Shown here: positions 1 through 458 of the stretch, piece after piece | Layout: each line of letters begins with the position of its first letter | How positions within the stretch are numbered: the stretch's first letter is position 1 | NCBI RefSeq assembly: GCF_003334305.1 | Contig: NZ_QOWS01000076.1 | DNA length: 458 nt | Direction: 5' to 3' (one strand) | DNA from: Escherichia coli | GTDB lineage: Bacteria; Pseudomonadota; Gammaproteobacteria; Enterobacterales; Enterobacteriaceae | Position numbers and translations under genes: made by a program | The notes under the pieces: generated by a model | Told to the model about the DNA's origin: nothing | The model's database searches: none | The model's input: only the letters and a program-made list of their open reading frames with translations

Positions 1-458
1 GGGTATGACGCTGCCGGGCGCATCACCGTGCTGACCAACGAGAACGGCAGCCAGTCCACGTTCCGGTATGACCCGGTCGACAGGCTGACGGAGCAGCGTG
101 GCTTTGATGGCAGGACGCAACGTTACCATTATGACTTGACCGGAAAACTCACGCAGAGTGAAGATGAGGGGCTTATCACCCTCTGGCATTACGATGCGTC
201 AGACCGTATCACCCGGCGCACGGTGAACGGCGACCCGGCGGAACAGTGGCAGTATGATGAACACGGGTGGCTAACCACCATCAGCCATACCAGTGACGGC
301 CACCGAGTGTCGGTCCACTACGGCTATGACGATAAAGGCCGCCTGACGGGCGAACGGCAGACGGTGGAGAACCCGGAGACGGGGGAGATGCTGTGGGAGC
401 ATGAGACGGGGCATGCGTACAGCGAACAGGGGCTGGCGACCCGTCAGGAGCCGGACGG
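1..458 (+). CDS. Rhs-family YD-repeat protein (polymorphic toxin shell/core region), internal fragment; partial at both 5' and 3' ends
   Basis: Frame 1 is open across the whole window (152 complete codons, no stop), while + frames 2 and 3 hit stops almost immediately (TGA at nt 32-34 and nt 6-8). The translation contains six recognisable YD-repeat units with Y-D dipeptides at codons 2-3, 23-24, 44-45, 64-65, 85-86 and 109-110, each followed by a G/D-R-L/I-T-like motif (e.g. RYDPVDRLT, RYHYDLTGKLT, WHYDASDRIT, YGYDDKGRLTG). GC is about 62% by hand count, consistent with the established GC-rich Rhs core. The paralog (rhsA/B/C/D-like) cannot be resolved from an internal core fragment, so no gene symbol is given. 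Confidence 0.92.

Noticed and set aside
5-34. ATG at nt 5-7 as a possible start codon.
   Set aside because: It is in + frame 2, which terminates at TGA nt 32-34, and it lies inside the continuous frame-1 repeat ORF (it is the overlap of the Y-D codons TAT GAC).
370-387. ENPETG, and the terminal EPDG at nt 448-458, as possible matches to the Rhs core/tip boundary motif PxxxxDPxGL.
   Set aside because: Neither fits the motif (no DPxGL), so the core/tip junction is not in this window.
274-456. Open stretches on the reverse strand of roughly 58-61 codons (two antisense frames run without stops from the 3' edge of the window to stops at + strand nt 281-283 and 271-273).
   Set aside because: Stop-free antisense frames of this length are expected by chance opposite a 62% GC coding sequence. 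They have no start context and no recognisable protein motif, whereas the + frame-1 YD-repeat signal is unambiguous.
1-458. Periodic repetition as a possible CRISPR array or nucleotide-level tandem repeat.
   Set aside because: The repeats are conserved only at the amino-acid level, with no exact nucleotide direct repeats or spacer structure, and the whole region is a continuous ORF.
1-458. Promoter, ribosome-binding site, terminator or mobile-element (IS/H-rpt) boundaries.
   Set aside because: No AT-rich -10/-35-like region, no Shine-Dalgarno plus start arrangement, no GC-rich hairpin followed by a T-tract, and no inverted repeats were seen. The window is entirely intragenic.

Overview
The whole 458-nt window is an internal fragment of one + strand coding sequence (frame 1, nt 1-456, with 2 trailing bases of the next codon). 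It has no in-frame stop and no plausible start, so the gene runs off both edges. The translation (GYDAAGRITVLTNENGSQSTFRYDPVDRLTEQRGFDGRTQRYHYDLTGKLTQSEDEGLITLWHYDASDRITRRTVNGDPAEQWQYDEHGWLTTISHTSDGHRVSVHYGYDDKGRLTGERQTVENPETGEMLWEHETGHAYSEQGLATRQEPD) is a run of degenerate YD repeats (G-x3-5-[RWH]-Y-x-Y-D-x2-[GD]-R-[LI]-T) recurring about every 21 residues. This is the signature of the Rhs / YD-repeat family of polymorphic toxin shell proteins, and the roughly 62% GC (my hand count) matches the GC-rich Rhs core known from Enterobacteriaceae. Only the conserved repeat core is visible. The variable C-terminal toxin tip, the core/tip boundary motif and any downstream immunity gene are not in the window, so I cannot support a claim of a novel system from this sequence alone. 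No RNA genes, CRISPR array, mobile-element ends, promoter or terminator are visible.
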